64,000 bases of DNA, from contig DATLEY010000161.1 in assembly GCA_035525215.1 (NCBI GenBank), positions 8,483 to 72,482 of the forward strand. Reading direction: 5' to 3'. A model generated the notes under the pieces. The model saw only the letters and a program-made list of their open reading frames with translations, was not told the origin of the DNA and made no database searches. Within the stretch, counting starts at the first letter, position 1. Every line of letters begins with the position of its first letter. The translations under genes were made by a program, and so were the position numbers. Of the stretch, positions 17,980-28,045 are shown one piece after another. This stretch comes from Thermoanaerobaculia bacterium (GTDB lineage Bacteria; Acidobacteriota; Thermoanaerobaculia; Gp7-AA8).

Positions 17980-19938
17980 TTATTCGGGAGTGCTCTCGGG
18001 GCGGTAGACGGCTTCCGTCCGCCCGGAGCCCTTGAGGACCTCCACGTGATTGCGAGCGAGATCGAGGACGATCTCCTCCCCCTTGACGGTCCCACGCGGC
18101 TCGCTGACGACCGCAGGGGAACCTTCCAGATTGATCACTTTCTGGGTCACGCGGTAGACGAGTTTCGAGCCGCTGGCCTCTCGATTCAGCGCGCGCTCGG
18201 CCATTTTCACATTTCCCTCCGCCTCGACGCGGTCCAGTTTCTGACTGGTGTCGAAACGGAAAATGGCGTTGTCCGAAGTGAGGATGCGTCCCTGGTCTTC
18301 GATGCGGACGCTTCCTTCGAGCACGGCCCGGCGCTCATTGCGTTTCGCCGAGAGAGTCGACGCGACCGCGGTGATCGGCGCCGTGGTCTGCCCCTCGCGC
18401 GCGTTGTAGAGCACCGCTCTGACATTCCCGGACGCGACCACTGTCTCTCCGCTCTCTTCGATCCGAAGCGCATCCGCGATCAGAATGTTCTTCTCCTGCC
18501 AGGCCCTGACCTTCCCCGTGAACACTCCTTCGCCGGTCTGCTGGTGAAGCGTCAGCTTTTCGGAGTTCACGTAAACGGGAGTCGACGAAGAGGGAAAGAG
18601 CGCTCCCGCATCGACGCTCGGCTTTCCCTCACGGTTGACGAGCTTCGCCTTCACGAATCCCTCCGCCGTTACGACGCCTGTCTTCGACCTCATCTCGATG
18701 GTTTGAGCCGTGACGGTCTGGGCGTCGGTCTGAATCGACGGGAGCGCCCCCTGGCTCGAGTTCAACACGATGCGATCTCCGACGAAATCGAAGGTTCCCT
18801 TCTGCGCGGTTGCGCGGGCGTCGGCATCGCGGTACTCGAGATTCCCATTCACGACGGCGCTGGAGGGACGCTGCCCCGCCGCGTCGAAGTAAGCGATCAT
18901 GCTGAAGCCGGAGAGCACCCGGCGGACCGCGCCCCTCTCCTCCAGCCGCGCGCTTCCGGTTGCCTCCAGCTGCGTGAGGCCACGACCGGCGAGCAAGGCC
19001 CTGAAACTGCCCGCGGTCAGGACTCGAAGCGGCGGTCCCTGCATCGTCGCCATCGCTGGCGACTCGCCGCGCTCGATGAAGATCGCTCGGAACTCTCCGC
19101 CGTTGCCGATCTCCGTGAAGAAACGCTCGCCGCGGATCACGGTCGGACCCGTCTCCGAGCCCGCGGACACCCCGGTCAGCGCAAACTCGACTCCGCAACA
19201 TCCCTCGAGTCCCGAGAGAACGTTCTTCTCCTGATCGAACCGCGCGGTGATCGATGCGGTCTCGAGCGTGTCTCCCTGCCGCTCCAGGACCACGTCGTCG
19301 CGGAACGTCGCCTCGCTCGCCATCCGGTCGAAGTCCGCGCCAGCCGAGCGGATCGTGACGGCAGGATCATTTCCAGCGGGCTTCATCACCGCTTCGACCC
19401 CTTCCAGAAGGATCATGCGCTCGGTCGCGATATTCAGGTCCACCCCTCCCGCGCGGCCGCTCCAGGCGTCCGCGGAGAATGCGACGGGTACATTGTTCAC
19501 CAGGCGGTTTCCATCGAAATTGATCGTCGCGGTCTCGATCGTGATTCCGTCGCTGGAGGTGATCTTCACCCCTCCAGTCGCCTGGGCTTCTTTGGTCTCC
19601 ACCCGGAACTCGGCTTGCGGCGCGGTCAGCTCGTAGCTCTGGCCATTCGGCCGGAAGATGGTGAGGGCGACGTCCTCGAGTGTGTACCACCCGGAGGAAA
19701 AACCCATGGTGCGCCGCGCCCGGATCCGCGAGACGACCCGTCCACCGAGGGTCTGAACGTCCTCGAATGCGTAAGCGACCAGCTGCGGAGTATCCCCTTT
19801 GCGGATCTCCGAGGTGATGGGCTGGGTCACGGCCTGCCCCTGACGCCGGTTCTCGGTGAAACTGAGGGCGATCACGCCGATGAAGGCGAGAAAGACGATC
19901 GGCAGACCGATCCGCAGTATGCGTACGCTTCGTACCAT
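17980..19938 (-). CDS. LptC/LptA (OstA-like) fusion protein with N-terminal membrane anchor
   Basis: 652 aa. Starts with an N-terminal TM helix ([16 protein letters not shown]). Followed by several OstA/LptA-like beta-jellyroll repeat segments (…ASGNVRAVL…, …AEGNVKM…). Sits directly upstream of lptB, where lptC and lptA normally lie. Confidence 0.5.
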   Translation of the reverse strand: MVRSVRILRIGLPIVFLAFIGVIALSFTENRRQGQAVTQPITSEIRKGDTPQLVAYAFEDVQTLGGRVVSRIRARRTMGFSSGWYTLEDVALTIFRPNGQSYELTAPQAEFRVETKEAQATGGVKITSSDGITIETATINFDGNRLVNNVPVAFSADAWSGRAGGVDLNIATERMILLEGVEAVMKPAGNDPAVTIRSAGADFDRMASEATFRDDVVLERQGDTLETASITARFDQEKNVLSGLEGCCGVEFALTGVSAGSETGPTVIRGERFFTEIGNGGEFRAIFIERGESPAMATMQGPPLRVLTAGSFRALLAGRGLTQLEATGSARLEERGAVRRVLSGFSMIAYFDAAGQRPSSAVVNGNLEYRDADARATAQKGTFDFVGDRIVLNSSQGALPSIQTDAQTVTAQTIEMRSKTGVVTAEGFVKAKLVNREGKPSVDAGALFPSSSTPVYVNSEKLTLHQQTGEGVFTGKVRAWQEKNILIADALRIEESGETVVASGNVRAVLYNAREGQTTAPITAVASTLSAKRNERRAVLEGSVRIEDQGRILTSDNAIFRFDTSQKLDRVEAEGNVKMAERALNREASGSKLVYRVTQKVINLEGSPAVVSEPRGTVKGEEIVLDLARNHVEVLKGSGRTEAVYRPESTPE

Positions 19939-19959
19939 CGTTCCAGGCGGACCGGCGAA

Positions 19960-21654
19960 TCAGGAGTGCGCGACAGGCGCGCTTCCGGTGGGAGCTGCAT
20001 CGACCACTTCGAGCCGGAACTCGTCGTATCGATCGGGCTCCAGCCGGAAGAGAAGATCGATCCGATTCCCCACGGTCAGAGTCCCCCCGAGGGACGCGAC
20101 CGACGGCCACGCGACCGCCGGCATTCGCCTTGTGGTCTGCCGCAGGGTCAAACGGTGGCACCCCGGCGAAAACTCCCTCACGGACTCCACGTCCACCCCG
20201 CGCGCCATCAGCAGCGGCTGAGGATTTTCCTGCCCGAACGGCTCGAGCCGTTCATGGTCCGCCGCGAACGTTCGGTCCATCTCCTGAAGCGTGACCTCGG
20301 CGTCGACCCGGGCACTCCGGACGAAGAGAGACCGGTCGGTGGAAGCGAACCGCTCGATGAGCCGGCGCCGCAATGGCTGCAGGGAATCGGAGTGCAACGA
20401 GAACCCGCAGGCATGCGCGTGTCCTCCGAAGCGAGTGAACAGATCGGAAACTTCTTCGAGCGCCGCATGGAGGTCGATCGAGGAAACGCTACGGGCGGAC
20501 CCGACACACTCCTCCCCATCTCTTGCGATCGCGAGCGCGGGGCGGTTGTACCTCTGAGCGAGCCGCCCGGCGCAAAGCCCGACGACGCCGCGGTGCCATC
20601 CCTCGCCCCAGACGACGAGGATTGGAGGGAGCTCCCCCATCTCCGCGATCATTGCCTCGGCCTCCGCGAGGACGGCGTTCTCGATCGCCTGGCGCTCGCG
20701 ATTCAGTCGATTGAGCTCGGCAACGAGAGGCTCGGCGGCCGATTCGCTCTTCGCGTCGAAAAGATCGATCGCCGTATTCGCCGAGGCGAGCCTTCCCGCC
20801 GCATTGATCCGCGGTCCGATCCGGAAGCCGATGTCGCTCGCCCGGAGCGGCCTGCCGAGAAGGCCGAGTGAGCGGATGAGAGCGCGAAGCCCCGGATTGC
20901 GCGGATCCGCCAGACCCGCCAGCCCGAGCCGCACCAGCGCGCGGTTTTCTCCCGTCAGCGGCGCCACATCGGCGATCGTTCCAATCGCCGCGATCTTCAC
21001 GAGGGAACCGATCGACATCGAATGTCTGCTCCTCCGCAGAAGCTCGCAGCAGAGCTTGAACGCGACGCCGACTCCCGCGAGATCCTTGTACGGATAATCG
21101 CATCCCGCCTGCTTCGGATTGAGGACCGCGGCGGCTGAGGGAAGCATTCCGGGAGGGAGATGGTGATCGGTGATGATGACGTCGATCCCCTTCTCCAGGG
21201 CCTCCGCAACCGGCTCGACCGAAGTGATTCCGCAGTCGACGGTGACGACGAGCTTGACCGCCCGATCCCGGAGGACGCGATCGATCACTTCGCTCTTCAA
21301 CCCGTAACCGTCGAAGACGCGATGGGGGACGACGAAATCGACGTCCGCGCCGAGAGCGCGGAGCACGGTGCGCATCAGCACGATCGAGGTCACGCCGTCG
21401 ACGTCGTAGTCGCCGTAGATGAGGATCGGCTCGCGATCGCGCACGGCGCGGAGAATTCTCTCCGCCGCAGCCTCCATCCCGCCGATCCCCACCGGGTCAT
21501 GGAGTCCGTCGAGCGTCGGGTTGCACCACGCATCCAGCTCGGATGCCGTCGTGATCCCGCGGCTTCCGAAGATCGGCGCGAGCGTCGGAGCGACCGGAAG
21601 ATCAGAGCCGCCCGTGGTCGCGGGGGAGTAAGCCCAGAACTCATGAATCGTCAC
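19960..21654 (-). CDS. recJ: Single-stranded-DNA-specific exonuclease RecJ
   Basis: DHH motifs (YGDYDVDG, ITDHH) and a DHHA1 domain. 564 aa. Confidence 0.85.
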   Translation of the reverse strand: MTIHEFWAYSPATTGGSDLPVAPTLAPIFGSRGITTASELDAWCNPTLDGLHDPVGIGGMEAAAERILRAVRDREPILIYGDYDVDGVTSIVLMRTVLRALGADVDFVVPHRVFDGYGLKSEVIDRVLRDRAVKLVVTVDCGITSVEPVAEALEKGIDVIITDHHLPPGMLPSAAAVLNPKQAGCDYPYKDLAGVGVAFKLCCELLRRSRHSMSIGSLVKIAAIGTIADVAPLTGENRALVRLGLAGLADPRNPGLRALIRSLGLLGRPLRASDIGFRIGPRINAAGRLASANTAIDLFDAKSESAAEPLVAELNRLNRERQAIENAVLAEAEAMIAEMGELPPILVVWGEGWHRGVVGLCAGRLAQRYNRPALAIARDGEECVGSARSVSSIDLHAALEEVSDLFTRFGGHAHACGFSLHSDSLQPLRRRLIERFASTDRSLFVRSARVDAEVTLQEMDRTFAADHERLEPFGQENPQPLLMARGVDVESVREFSPGCHRLTLRQTTRRMPAVAWPSVASLGGTLTVGNRIDLLFRLEPDRYDEFRLEVVDAAPTGSAPVAHS

Positions 21655-21665
21655 TCCAGGAGTGT

Positions 21666-21700
21666 AAAGGAGTTGCGAGTTCCGAGTTGCGAGTTCTACA
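21666..21700. repeat. Direct repeat GAGTTGCGAGTTC x2 in the accA-recJ intergenic spacer
   Basis: GAGTTGCGAGTTCcGAGTTGCGAGTTC is read directly from the sequence, between the accA stop and the recJ start. Confidence 0.5.
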
Positions 21701-21712
21701 ACCGGTAGAGAC

Positions 21713-22663
21713 TCAGGCCTTCTCGAAAACGCCCATCTTGCGGAACTTCTTGTATCGCTCCTCCGGAAGGGCTGCGGGCTTGATCTTCGAAAGCTCCTTC
21801 AGTGCTTTCTGGAGGTAAGGGCGCAGCAGCTCGGCGGCACGCGCAGGGTCGGAATGAGCTCCCCCTTCCGGCTCCGGCACGATCTCGTCGATCACCCCCA
21901 GCTCCTTCAGCTCGGCCGCAGTGATTTTCATTGCGCTCGCCGCCTCCTGCGCCGCTGCTGGATTCTTCCAGAGGATCGCCGCGCATCCCTCGGGCGAGAT
22001 CACCGAGTAGACCGCGTGCTCGAGCATCAGGATGCGATCTCCCACGCCCAGCGCGAGTGCGCCACCGCTTCCACCCTCCCCGGTTACGGTGACGATGATC
22101 GGAACGGTGAGCCCGGCCATGTCGCGCAGATTCACCGCGATCGCCTCGGCCTGCCCTCGCTCTTCCGCCCCGAGTCCGGGGTAGGCGCCCGGCGTGTCGA
22201 TGAAACAGAAGATCGGATGGCGGAACCGGTTCGCGAGCTCCATGATCCGCAGCGCCTTCCGGTACCCCTCCGGCCGCGGCATGCCGAAGTTGCGGATGAC
22301 CTTCTCCTTCGTGTCGCGACCCTTCTGATGGCCGATCACCACGCAGGAAGTGCCGTCGAATCGCGCCAGGCCGCTCACGATGGCCGGATCGTCGCCGAAC
22401 TTCCGGTCCCCGTGCAGCTCGACGAAGTCCTCGAAGAGGAGCTCGATGAAATCGAGCGAGTACGGACGGGAAGGATGACGGGCGACCAGGGTCTTCTGCC
22501 ACGCCGAGAGGTTGGCGTAAACGTCCCGGCTGACTCTGGTAAGCTTCGCCTGAAGCTCCTCGATCTCGTGAACGCTCGCGGGGTCGGACGGCTCACCCAG
22601 CTCTTCGATCCGCTTACGCAGCTCCAGAATCGGCTGCTCGAATTGCGCTGGATCGCTGGTCAC
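21713..22663 (-). CDS. accA: Acetyl-CoA carboxylase carboxyltransferase subunit alpha
   Basis: 316 aa. Conserved AccA blocks ([17 protein letters not shown]). Confidence 0.9.
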   Translation of the reverse strand: MTSDPAQFEQPILELRKRIEELGEPSDPASVHEIEELQAKLTRVSRDVYANLSAWQKTLVARHPSRPYSLDFIELLFEDFVELHGDRKFGDDPAIVSGLARFDGTSCVVIGHQKGRDTKEKVIRNFGMPRPEGYRKALRIMELANRFRHPIFCFIDTPGAYPGLGAEERGQAEAIAVNLRDMAGLTVPIIVTVTGEGGSGGALALGVGDRILMLEHAVYSVISPEGCAAILWKNPAAAQEAASAMKITAAELKELGVIDEIVPEPEGGAHSDPARAAELLRPYLQKALKELSKIKPAALPEERYKKFRKMGVFEKA

Positions 22664-22747
22664 GGGCGGACCGTAGCAGAAGCCTCAGCACAGGGTCAAA
22701 TTGTGCCGAAGCCGCCCTTGAAGCACGAAACGGAGACCCCGAATACG

Positions 22748-23239
22748 ATGGAAACCGCGGATTCGACCGAATCGATGCGCCACGTCCCCCCGGCGGCCGA
22801 GCTGCTGCGACGGGTCGATGAGATCTACCGTAAACGTCTGGATGCCGCACTCGCGATCTATGAGACGGCGAGCGAGGATCAGAGGAAGAAGCTCGCAGCG
22901 CGGCTGATCGCGGTCGCGCGCTGGCTCGAGCGGATTCCGGAATCCCCGAGGGAAAATCGCGCGGGACACCGCGGCGAGTCGAACGATCCGCCGACGCGAA
23001 CGCGCGCCGCGCTGCAGATCGCCGTCGAAGCTCTCCATCGCATCGACACGGACCGGTTCGGACATCGGGCGCCATTCCATCGTTTCGAGCAGTCCGGAGC
23101 TGAACGTCTGTACGAAGCGGTACTCGCCGCTGGTTACTCGCTCTCGATCCTGCTCGACGAGATGCAGAAGATTGACCCGGACGTCTGGTGGAAGCTGCTC
23201 GACAGCTCGGCCCGCGACCAGATCCCGATGGTCGGTTGA
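22748..23239 (+). CDS. Hypothetical helical protein
   Basis: 163-aa ORF on the plus strand, divergent from accA. Its composition is protein-like (not low-complexity). The stop codon is embedded in the CTGAG-type repeat. It is the in-frame 3' part of track ORF 21854..23239. Confidence 0.4.
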   Translation: METADSTESMRHVPPAAELLRRVDEIYRKRLDAALAIYETASEDQRKKLAARLIAVARWLERIPESPRENRAGHRGESNDPPTRTRAALQIAVEALHRIDTDRFGHRAPFHRFEQSGAERLYEAVLAAGYSLSILLDEMQKIDPDVWWKLLDSSARDQIPMVG

Positions 23240-23310
23240 GTCCTGAGTGCTGAGTCCTGAGTGTGGCGCCGATCCAAGGCTGGGCGGCGAGACGCCGCCC
23301 GCCACTCTGC
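23237..23310. repeat. Composite intergenic repeat (CTGAG-unit block plus GC hairpin CTGGGCGGCGAGACGCCGCCCGCCACTCTG)
   Basis: TGAGTCCTGAGTGCTGAGTCCTGAGTG is followed by GGGCGGCG-aga-CGCCGCCC. The same two modules recur at 26593-26861 and 30748-31172. Confidence 0.7.
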
Positions 23311-25737
23311 TCAGAGAATATTCACCGGGTCGACATCGATGATCGCCTCGGCTCCCTTGAAGGTCTCCCCGACGATCGCTTTCTCGACCGCCCTGCGGAG
23401 AGCGGCTCGATGCGTGCTCCGCACCAGAATCTGGTAGCGGTGCACACCCTTGATTCTCGCCAACGGCGCTGCGGCCGGCCCCTGAACTCTCACGTCGGCG
23501 ATCCCGCGAAGCGCTTTCTCCAGCCGCTCTCCCCCGCGCGTGGCAGCCTTCTCGGCTGCCGCCAGATCCTCGCCGCGAAACACGATCGCGATCATCGAGG
23601 TCAGCGGCGGATAGTGAAACCGCGATCGGAAGACGATCTCTTCGCGATAGAACGCTTCGTAATCGTGCCGCACCGCGTGCTCGATCGCATAGTGATGGGG
23701 ATAGGCGGTCTGGATCACCACCTTTCCCGCGAGATCGCCGCGCCCCGATCGCCCCGCGACCTGAGTCAGCAGATAGAACGTCTTCTCCGCGGAGCGAAAG
23801 TCGGGATACCCGAGGACCGAATCGGCGTTGATCACCGCGGTCAGCGTCACGCCGGGGAAATGATGTCCCTTGCTGATGATCTGCGTACCGATCAGCGCCT
23901 GGGTCTTCCCGCTGCGGAAGCGGTCGAGGATCCTGACCAGCTCTCCTTTCCTCCGCGTGGAATCGCGATCGAGCACGTCGACCGCGACCTCGGAAAAGTA
24001 ACCGCGGAATCGTTCTTCGACCTTTTCGGTGCCGTAGCCGATCGGCTGGAGCACCTCGCCGCCGCAGAGCGGGCACTTCGAGGGGATGGGCCGCTTCAAC
24101 CCGCAGTAGTGACAGATCAGAAGCCCGAGCCGCCGGTGAACGGTCATCGTCACGCTGCAGTCGCGGCAGCGGAAGTCGTTCTCGCATTCGCGGCAGAGGA
24201 GGAAGGGAGCGTATCCGCGCCGGTTGATCAGGATGATCGCCTGCTCTCCGCGGCTGAAGACGGAGCCGAGCTCCTCCCGCAGCGCGCGGCTGAAGATCAC
24301 GAAGCCCTTGTCCTCCTTCTCTCCCTTTTCCTTCCGGATGTCGACGATCTCGACAGTGGGGAGAGGACGCGACTCGACACGTCGCGTGAGACGGATCAGC
24401 GAGTACCGCCCCTTCTCCGCGTTTTCGCGGCTCTCCAGCGAGGGCGTTGCCGACCCGAGGATCACGGGGATTCCGGCGATCTGAGCGCGAAGCACGGCGA
24501 GATCGCGACCGTTGTAGCGGGGCGACTCCTCCTGCTTGTAGGCGCTGTCTCCTTCCTCGTCGACGACGATCAGCCCGATCCGCTGAAAGGGAGTGAAGAT
24601 CGCGGAGCGCGGGCCGATGGCCACGTCCACCTCTCCCCGTCGCGCTCTCCACCACTGCTCGTATTTCTCTCCGGCCGAGAGACCGCTGTGGAGGATCGCG
24701 ATTCGGTCGCCGAACCGCTCCATCAGCCGCGAGGCGAAGACCGGCGTGAGAGCGATCTCCGGAACCAGCAGAATGGCCTCCCATCCCCTCTTCACCACAC
24801 TCCTCATCATCTCGATATAGACCTCGGTTTTTCCGCTTCCAGTCACCCCTTCTAGGAGGAATGGAGAGAACGTTCCGAGACGATCGTGAATGCGGCCGAT
24901 CGCCTCATGCTGCTCCATCGAGTACTTCAGTTCTCCGACGCGATGTGACTCGAGATCGGCGAAGAAGGGATCCATCGCATGCCTGCCGACGCGGCGCTCG
25001 ATGCGCACCGCTCCCTTCCGGGCCAGCGTCTCGATGGAGGATCCGCTGGCGCCGGCCGCGACCAGAGCGGCGACCGGCGCTTCTCCTCCGCGCGCCTGCA
25101 AGAGCGCGATGACCTCCTGCTGTTTGCCGGTCAGCTTCTCAGGCTCCACGGCGAGGACCACCCATCGGTCGTAACGGACTCCTCTGGCGTCCTTGAGGAC
25201 GTCATTGATCGCGATGACGCCGGCCTCGCGCAAGCGTGCCAGCGCGGCGCGCGCGCCGCGCCGTCCGGAGATGATGGAGGCGGGGTCGCGATCCCCCGAG
25301 CGGATTCGCTCCAGGATATCCACGTCCGCCTCGAGAACCCTCCCTTCGCGCAAGGCCTCGGGGAGCGTGGTTTCATCAGCCAGCTGCAGCGTGCTGCGTC
25401 CACGCGCGGACATGTTCGGCGGAAGGGCGGCGCGCAGCATCTCTCCGAGGGGGGCGAGGTAGTAGGAGGAGGCCCGCCGGCAGAGCTCCAGGATCTCCGG
25501 AAGGATCGCCGGCTCCTGATCGTCGAGAATCGAGTGGATGTCGCGGATCCGCTCGACCGGCGCCTCTTCCACCAGATTGGTGACGAAGCCGGTGATCCGT
25601 TTCGGTCCCCACGGCACTTCGACGCGGTCGCCGATCCGGATCTCGTCCTGGAGCTGCTCAGGAATCCGGTAAGTGAATGTGCCGCGAACTCCGAGGGGAA
25701 TGGCGACCTCGGCGTAGGAGAGAAGGCCGCGAGTCAT
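23311..25737 (-). CDS. priA: Primosomal protein N' (replication restart helicase PriA)
   Basis: 808 aa. Helicase motifs (GVTGSGKTE, DEEGD) and a Cys-rich zinc-binding insert (CRECENDFRCRDC…CHYCG). Confidence 0.9.
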   Translation of the reverse strand: MTRGLLSYAEVAIPLGVRGTFTYRIPEQLQDEIRIGDRVEVPWGPKRITGFVTNLVEEAPVERIRDIHSILDDQEPAILPEILELCRRASSYYLAPLGEMLRAALPPNMSARGRSTLQLADETTLPEALREGRVLEADVDILERIRSGDRDPASIISGRRGARAALARLREAGVIAINDVLKDARGVRYDRWVVLAVEPEKLTGKQQEVIALLQARGGEAPVAALVAAGASGSSIETLARKGAVRIERRVGRHAMDPFFADLESHRVGELKYSMEQHEAIGRIHDRLGTFSPFLLEGVTGSGKTEVYIEMMRSVVKRGWEAILLVPEIALTPVFASRLMERFGDRIAILHSGLSAGEKYEQWWRARRGEVDVAIGPRSAIFTPFQRIGLIVVDEEGDSAYKQEESPRYNGRDLAVLRAQIAGIPVILGSATPSLESRENAEKGRYSLIRLTRRVESRPLPTVEIVDIRKEKGEKEDKGFVIFSRALREELGSVFSRGEQAIILINRRGYAPFLLCRECENDFRCRDCSVTMTVHRRLGLLICHYCGLKRPIPSKCPLCGGEVLQPIGYGTEKVEERFRGYFSEVAVDVLDRDSTRRKGELVRILDRFRSGKTQALIGTQIISKGHHFPGVTLTAVINADSVLGYPDFRSAEKTFYLLTQVAGRSGRGDLAGKVVIQTAYPHHYAIEHAVRHDYEAFYREEIVFRSRFHYPPLTSMIAIVFRGEDLAAAEKAATRGGERLEKALRGIADVRVQGPAAAPLARIKGVHRYQILVRSTHRAALRRAVEKAIVGETFKGAEAIIDVDPVNIL

Positions 25738-25799
25738 GAATGAGAGGAGTGTAGCCGACTCGAGCCGGCGCCCTGCCTATCGCGATCCCGCTCCGACCG

Positions 25800-26561
25800 T
25801 CAGCGGGCGGGCACGTCGATGCCCAGCTCGGCCATCACCTTCTTCAGGTCGCTCCAGACGTCCTTTTTCGCGGAAGGGGTTCGAAGGAGGTAGGCCGGAT
25901 GGTACGTCGGCATCACCTTGATCCCGCGGTAGCTCTGCCACGCTCCACGAACCGAAGAGATGGTGACCGGCTTTCCGAGAAGGGTCTGCACGGCGAACTT
26001 TCCGAGGGTGACGATGACTCTCGGCTGGATCAGCTCGATCTGGCGGGTGATCCAGGGAGAGCAGGCGGCCAGCTCGTCCGGCTCGGGATTCCGGTTGTCG
26101 GGGGGGCGGCACTTGATCACGTTCGCGATGTAGACGTCATCCCGAGAAAGCGTCATCGCTCCGATGATGTCCGTGAGGAGCTTCCCAGCCCGTCCGACGA
26201 ACGGAGCCCCTTCGCTGTCCTCGTCGCGCCCAGGCGCCTCGCCGACGAACATCAGATCCGCGGTCGGGTTGCCTGTTCCGAAGACGACCTGAGTGCGCGT
26301 CGTCGAAAGCCTGCATCGGATGCAACGTTTCGCCGCATCCTCGACCGTCGTGAGGAGGGCGAGCGCGGCGACGTCCTCCGGGTTCGGAATGCCCGATCGG
26401 AGTCGTTCGGCAGCGGCGGGCGTGACGGAATCTTCGTCGATGGCGACGTCACCCGGGGGGATCGGGAGCGGAGTTTCGCCCGGTCTGGCCTTCGAGAGAT
26501 CGAGATGGGTGAATCCGAGGTCGCGAAGCAGCTCGAGCTCGGCGCGGAGTGCGGGATCCAT
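25800..26561 (-). CDS. Uracil-DNA glycosylase, family 4
   Basis: Motifs [16 protein letters not shown] and HPAYLLR are typical of family-4 UDG. Confidence 0.8.
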   Translation of the reverse strand: MDPALRAELELLRDLGFTHLDLSKARPGETPLPIPPGDVAIDEDSVTPAAAERLRSGIPNPEDVAALALLTTVEDAAKRCIRCRLSTTRTQVVFGTGNPTADLMFVGEAPGRDEDSEGAPFVGRAGKLLTDIIGAMTLSRDDVYIANVIKCRPPDNRNPEPDELAACSPWITRQIELIQPRVIVTLGKFAVQTLLGKPVTISSVRGAWQSYRGIKVMPTYHPAYLLRTPSAKKDVWSDLKKVMAELGIDVPAR

Positions 26562-26592
26562 GGATCTGGAGTTTACGCGAGGGGGTGCGGAA

Positions 26593-26861
26593 AGTGGCGG
26601 GCGGCGTCTCGCCGCCCAGCCGTTAACGGCAATGCTGAAATACTCGGGCCTTTGTGGCGCGGGCTTTCAGCCGGCTGGCGCCACTCGGACGGCGGAGCCG
26701 TCCCAAGCGTTGCTACGTCCCGCTGATACCCGAAAGCGCGCTTCGCGTCGACGAACCAGCGCGCTTCGCGCATCGGCTTGCCTTTAACGCGGCTGGGCGG
26801 CGAGACGCCGCCCGCCACTCTGGCGCCGGCTTTCAGCCGGAGTACTCAGGACTCAGCACTC
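26593..26861. repeat. MITE-like element: ~40-bp terminal inverted repeats flanking ~145 bp, plus adjacent CTGAG-type block
   Basis: Left arm AGTGGCGGGCGGCGTCTCGCCGCCCAGCCGTTAACGGCAA (26593-26632). Right arm TTGCCTTTAACGCGGCTGGGCGGCGAGACGCCGCCCGCCACT (26778-26819). The two are near-perfect reverse complements. The CTGAGT-type block 26841-26861 overlaps the coaBC stop. Confidence 0.65.
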
Positions 26862-28045
26862 TTTCCCATCGCCGCGACGGCGCGATCGAGGATCCGGTTC
26901 GCGATGGTCAGCTTTGGAGCACGGGGGATCGGGAGGCTCTCTCCATTTCGATCGAACAGCGTGACGGCGTTCTGATCCGAATCGAAACCGATCGAAACAT
27001 CGCTCACATCGTTCGCCACGACCAGATCCACCTGCTTCCGGTCGAGCTTCTCGCGCGCGTTCGCTTCGACGTTCTCGGTCTCCGCGGCGAAGGCGATGAC
27101 GTATGCCCCATGGCCGTTGCCGCGCACCGCTTCCAGGATGTCGGGCGTGCGCGCCAGCTCCAGAGTCATTCCGCCCGAACCTGGGCTCTTCTTGATCTTC
27201 TGCGTGCTCGGCGCGCTGACGGTGAAATCGGCCACCGCCGCGGCCTTGATCAGGAGATCGCAGGCAGGAAGCGTCGCGATCACGGCGTCCCGCATCTCCG
27301 CGGCGGTCATCACCGGAACGACGCGCACGCCGTGCGGCGGAGCGAGCCGGGTCGGTCCGGAGACCAGCGTCACTTCCGCCCCCCTTCTCCGCGCGGCCGC
27401 GGCCAGGGCGTACCCCATCTTTCCCGACGAGCGGTTGGAGAGGTAGCGGACCGGGTCGATCGGCTCGCGCGTCGGGCCGGCCGTGACCACCACCCGTTTC
27501 CCCTCGAGATCGCGCGGCGCTGACTGCGCCATGACATGCTCGACGATGGCCGGCGGGTCGGGCATCCTTCCGACACCTTCATCGCCGCAGGCCAGAATGC
27601 CGGAGTCGGGATCGAGGATCTCGACGCCGCGGATGCGGAGCGTCTCGAGATTCTGCCGTACCGTCGGGTGTCCAAACATCGTGGTGTTCATCGCGGGAAC
27701 CACAACGATGGGAGCGCGGTGCGCGAGGGCGTAGGTTGTCAGGGCGTCGTCGGCGATTCCGACCGCGAGCTTCGCGATGAGGTTCGCGGTGGCGGGAGCG
27801 ACGAGGAGGAGATCCGCCCAGCGTGCGATCTCGATGTGATCGACCCCGCCCTGCGAGGGATCGCCCCACTGATCGGTGAGGACTCCGTGATTGGATACCG
27901 CGGAGAGGCTGAGTGGTGAAACGAAACGGGTGGCGTTCGCGGTCATGATGACGCGAACGTCCGCGCGGGCATCCCGGAGGCGCCTGACCAGGTCAGGCGT
28001 CTTGTACGCGGCGATGCCGCCCGAGATGCCGAGTACGATGTTCAC
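26846..28045 (-). CDS. coaBC: Bifunctional phosphopantothenoylcysteine decarboxylase/phosphopantothenate-cysteine ligase
   Basis: N-terminal flavoprotein domain (ILGISGGIAAYK) and a C-terminal CoaB domain. 399 aa. Confidence 0.9.
   Translation of the reverse strand: MNIVLGISGGIAAYKTPDLVRRLRDARADVRVIMTANATRFVSPLSLSAVSNHGVLTDQWGDPSQGGVDHIEIARWADLLLVAPATANLIAKLAVGIADDALTTYALAHRAPIVVVPAMNTTMFGHPTVRQNLETLRIRGVEILDPDSGILACGDEGVGRMPDPPAIVEHVMAQSAPRDLEGKRVVVTAGPTREPIDPVRYLSNRSSGKMGYALAAAARRRGAEVTLVSGPTRLAPPHGVRVVPVMTAAEMRDAVIATLPACDLLIKAAAVADFTVSAPSTQKIKKSPGSGGMTLELARTPDILEAVRGNGHGAYVIAFAAETENVEANAREKLDRKQVDLVVANDVSDVSIGFDSDQNAVTLFDRNGESLPIPRAPKLTIANRILDRAVAAMGKSAES

Noticed and set aside
18046-20871. 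941-aa plus-strand ORF
   Set aside because: Antisense to the LptC/A-like fusion gene and recJ. Low-complexity R/G/D/P-rich, no domains.
22685-24784. 699-aa minus-strand ORF
   Set aside because: Alternative frame overlapping priA. Extremely Arg/Gly/Pro-rich, so a GC-frame artefact.
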